Virus record (IMG/VR): IMGVR_UViG_3300032322_001011
Location: 1 to 64,000 of that record
From: a virus
Length of the DNA stretch: 64,000 bases
Direction: 5' to 3' (one strand)
Of the stretch, positions 62,907 through 64,000 are shown one piece after another (positions within the stretch are counted from its first letter, which is position 1; each line of letters starts with the position of its first letter). The notes under the pieces are model-generated. The model was given only the letters and a program-made list of their open reading frames with translations, had not been told where the DNA came from and made no database searches. A program made the translations under genes and the position numbers.

Positions 62907-63074
62907 CTATTGATCCGCAGAGCCTGTGCCAGGAACTGTCTTCTGCAAGTCTTGACCAATCGCAGGTTGTTGTTCACGAAAACGTGGAATGTGAACTCTA
63001 CGAATTTTTGTAATGTCTAATACAGAACCAGCAGGTTTAGGTAACTCTGATACGTAAGGCTCTCTTTCAGCCAT
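62907..63074 (-). CDS. small hypothetical protein (55 aa, not in track)
   Basis: MAEREPYVSELPKP...; TAATG overlap. Confidence 0.55.
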   Translation of the reverse strand: MAEREPYVSELPKPAGSVLDITKIRRVHIPRFREQQPAIGQDLQKTVPGTGSADQ

Positions 63075-63718
63075 TAGATACCTGCAAACAAAAATGGGTG
63101 AAGTGGATCTTCACGTACTCCTTCATACTTAGCAAGGTTTTGCCAAGCGCTATCTACGTATACGTATAACGATGATTGTTCAGTTGCAGGTGCTGTACCT
63201 GTACGAATGTACAAGTCACCTTGATCTGCTGCTTCAGATGGGATACCAGTACCAGTTCTATGTGCCATGTTTAAGAACATGCGCTTATCAACAACACTCA
63301 ATGTATTAAGTGTTAAACCAGACTTCCTGTAGATTGCATACAAAGGAAGTTGGCTAGATGAAAGTGTTGGGAAGATTGGGTTAGTTGAACTAGCCGTTCC
63401 TTTAACTACACCATATTGGAAAGTGTTTGCATCAATACGGGTTACAACAAGTATGTCAAATCTTGCATCTGCTTCAGGGGCATCAAAAACTACGGTGCTT
63501 GCTGACACATACCCGTAATGATTATTTACATAAACATATGAAGCAGTTAACGCAGCAGAACCGTTGTCTGCTGAATAGACAGTAATGTCTGCACCAGAAA
63601 GTACACCGTAGTTGTGATTACCAAGGATTTTAAAATCAAGAGAATCTGGTTCTGCTTGATCAAGGCTCTGGATTGTTACTCCGTACTCGCTTGCATTAGG
63701 TACTGTAAATCCAGCCAT
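63074..63718 (-). CDS. virion structural protein
   Basis: GVLSG, RFDILV, G.G.P...GDLYI, HPFLFAG. Confidence 0.6.
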   Translation of the reverse strand: MAGFTVPNASEYGVTIQSLDQAEPDSLDFKILGNHNYGVLSGADITVYSADNGSAALTASYVYVNNHYGYVSASTVVFDAPEADARFDILVVTRIDANTFQYGVVKGTASSTNPIFPTLSSSQLPLYAIYRKSGLTLNTLSVVDKRMFLNMAHRTGTGIPSEAADQGDLYIRTGTAPATEQSSLYVYVDSAWQNLAKYEGVREDPLHPFLFAGI

Positions 63719-63725
63719 TTAAACC

Positions 63726-63995
63726 TCAGAGGGTGTCGTAGATGTTGCCGTTCTTCTTTAGGTATTCAAACAATCCACGAGGAAGTTTATAACGATGACC
63801 GTCATTAAAGATCCAAGTGTCTTGACCCCAAAACATTGTCCAAGAACCTTTAACACGAGCGCTAACTTCACTGCTCTTTAATGAGGTTTCTTTTACTTCT
63901 GTATCAGGGATTTCCGAAACAAAAAGAACATCTTCTTCTTGCTCTACAAATTCTTGAACTACTGATTTCTTACGTGCTGCCATTTTATTCTCCAA
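63726..63995 (-). CDS. small conserved protein of head region
   Basis: F..G.RYKLP..L..YL...G.IY; start may be 63983. Confidence 0.6.
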   Translation of the reverse strand: MENKMAARKKSVVQEFVEQEEDVLFVSEIPDTEVKETSLKSSEVSARVKGSWTMFWGQDTWIFNDGHRYKLPRGLFEYLKKNGNIYDTL

Positions 63996-64000
63996 TTGAA

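Noticed and set aside
1-64000. Most plus-strand ORFs in the track outside 4773-7066
   Set aside because: They are antisense shadows of well-supported minus-strand genes, without RBS or recognisable motifs

Overview
This 64-kb window is part of a tailed-phage genome with a contractile (myovirus-type) tail. The host is most likely an actinobacterium, judged from two WhiB genes, many leaderless TANNNT-6nt-ATG promoters and DUF932/DUF6011 early genes. Gene order recalls Bxz1/E3-like actinophage myoviruses. Almost everything is on the minus strand. From right to left: head-tail joining, sheath, tube, chaperone, tape measure and baseplate genes (46.9-64 kb); a replication/recombination block with an iteron-containing initiator, DnaC-like loader, DnaB, primase, SNF2 helicase, SSB, family-A polymerase, RecA, Cas4-like nuclease, resolvases and SpoVS (32.5-46.2 kb); about 20 disordered or basic small proteins plus Dps (24-32.5 kb); an early region of promoter/terminator modules (8-23.9 kb); a repeat-rich non-coding gap, probably the genome end (7.07-8 kb); a cluster of small enzymes (2-7 kb); and tail-fibre-like genes running off the left edge. 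I saw no terminase, portal, major capsid, integrase, tRNA or CRISPR array. The strongest candidate for an undescribed system is a set of unrelated small enzymes (ADP-ribosyltransferase-like, GNAT, papain-like, ParB-like) sharing a short terminal A-H-x-x-[LI]-[NSG]-x(1-2)-Q-F tag. A second protein set shares an N-terminal MP[RK]G[EQ][DN]TxxHxxRxV tag. Both look like addressing signals for virion-packaged cargo. Two multi-hairpin small RNAs also expose sequences complementary to ribosome-binding leaders. All family assignments come from motif recognition by eye; no database searches were run.
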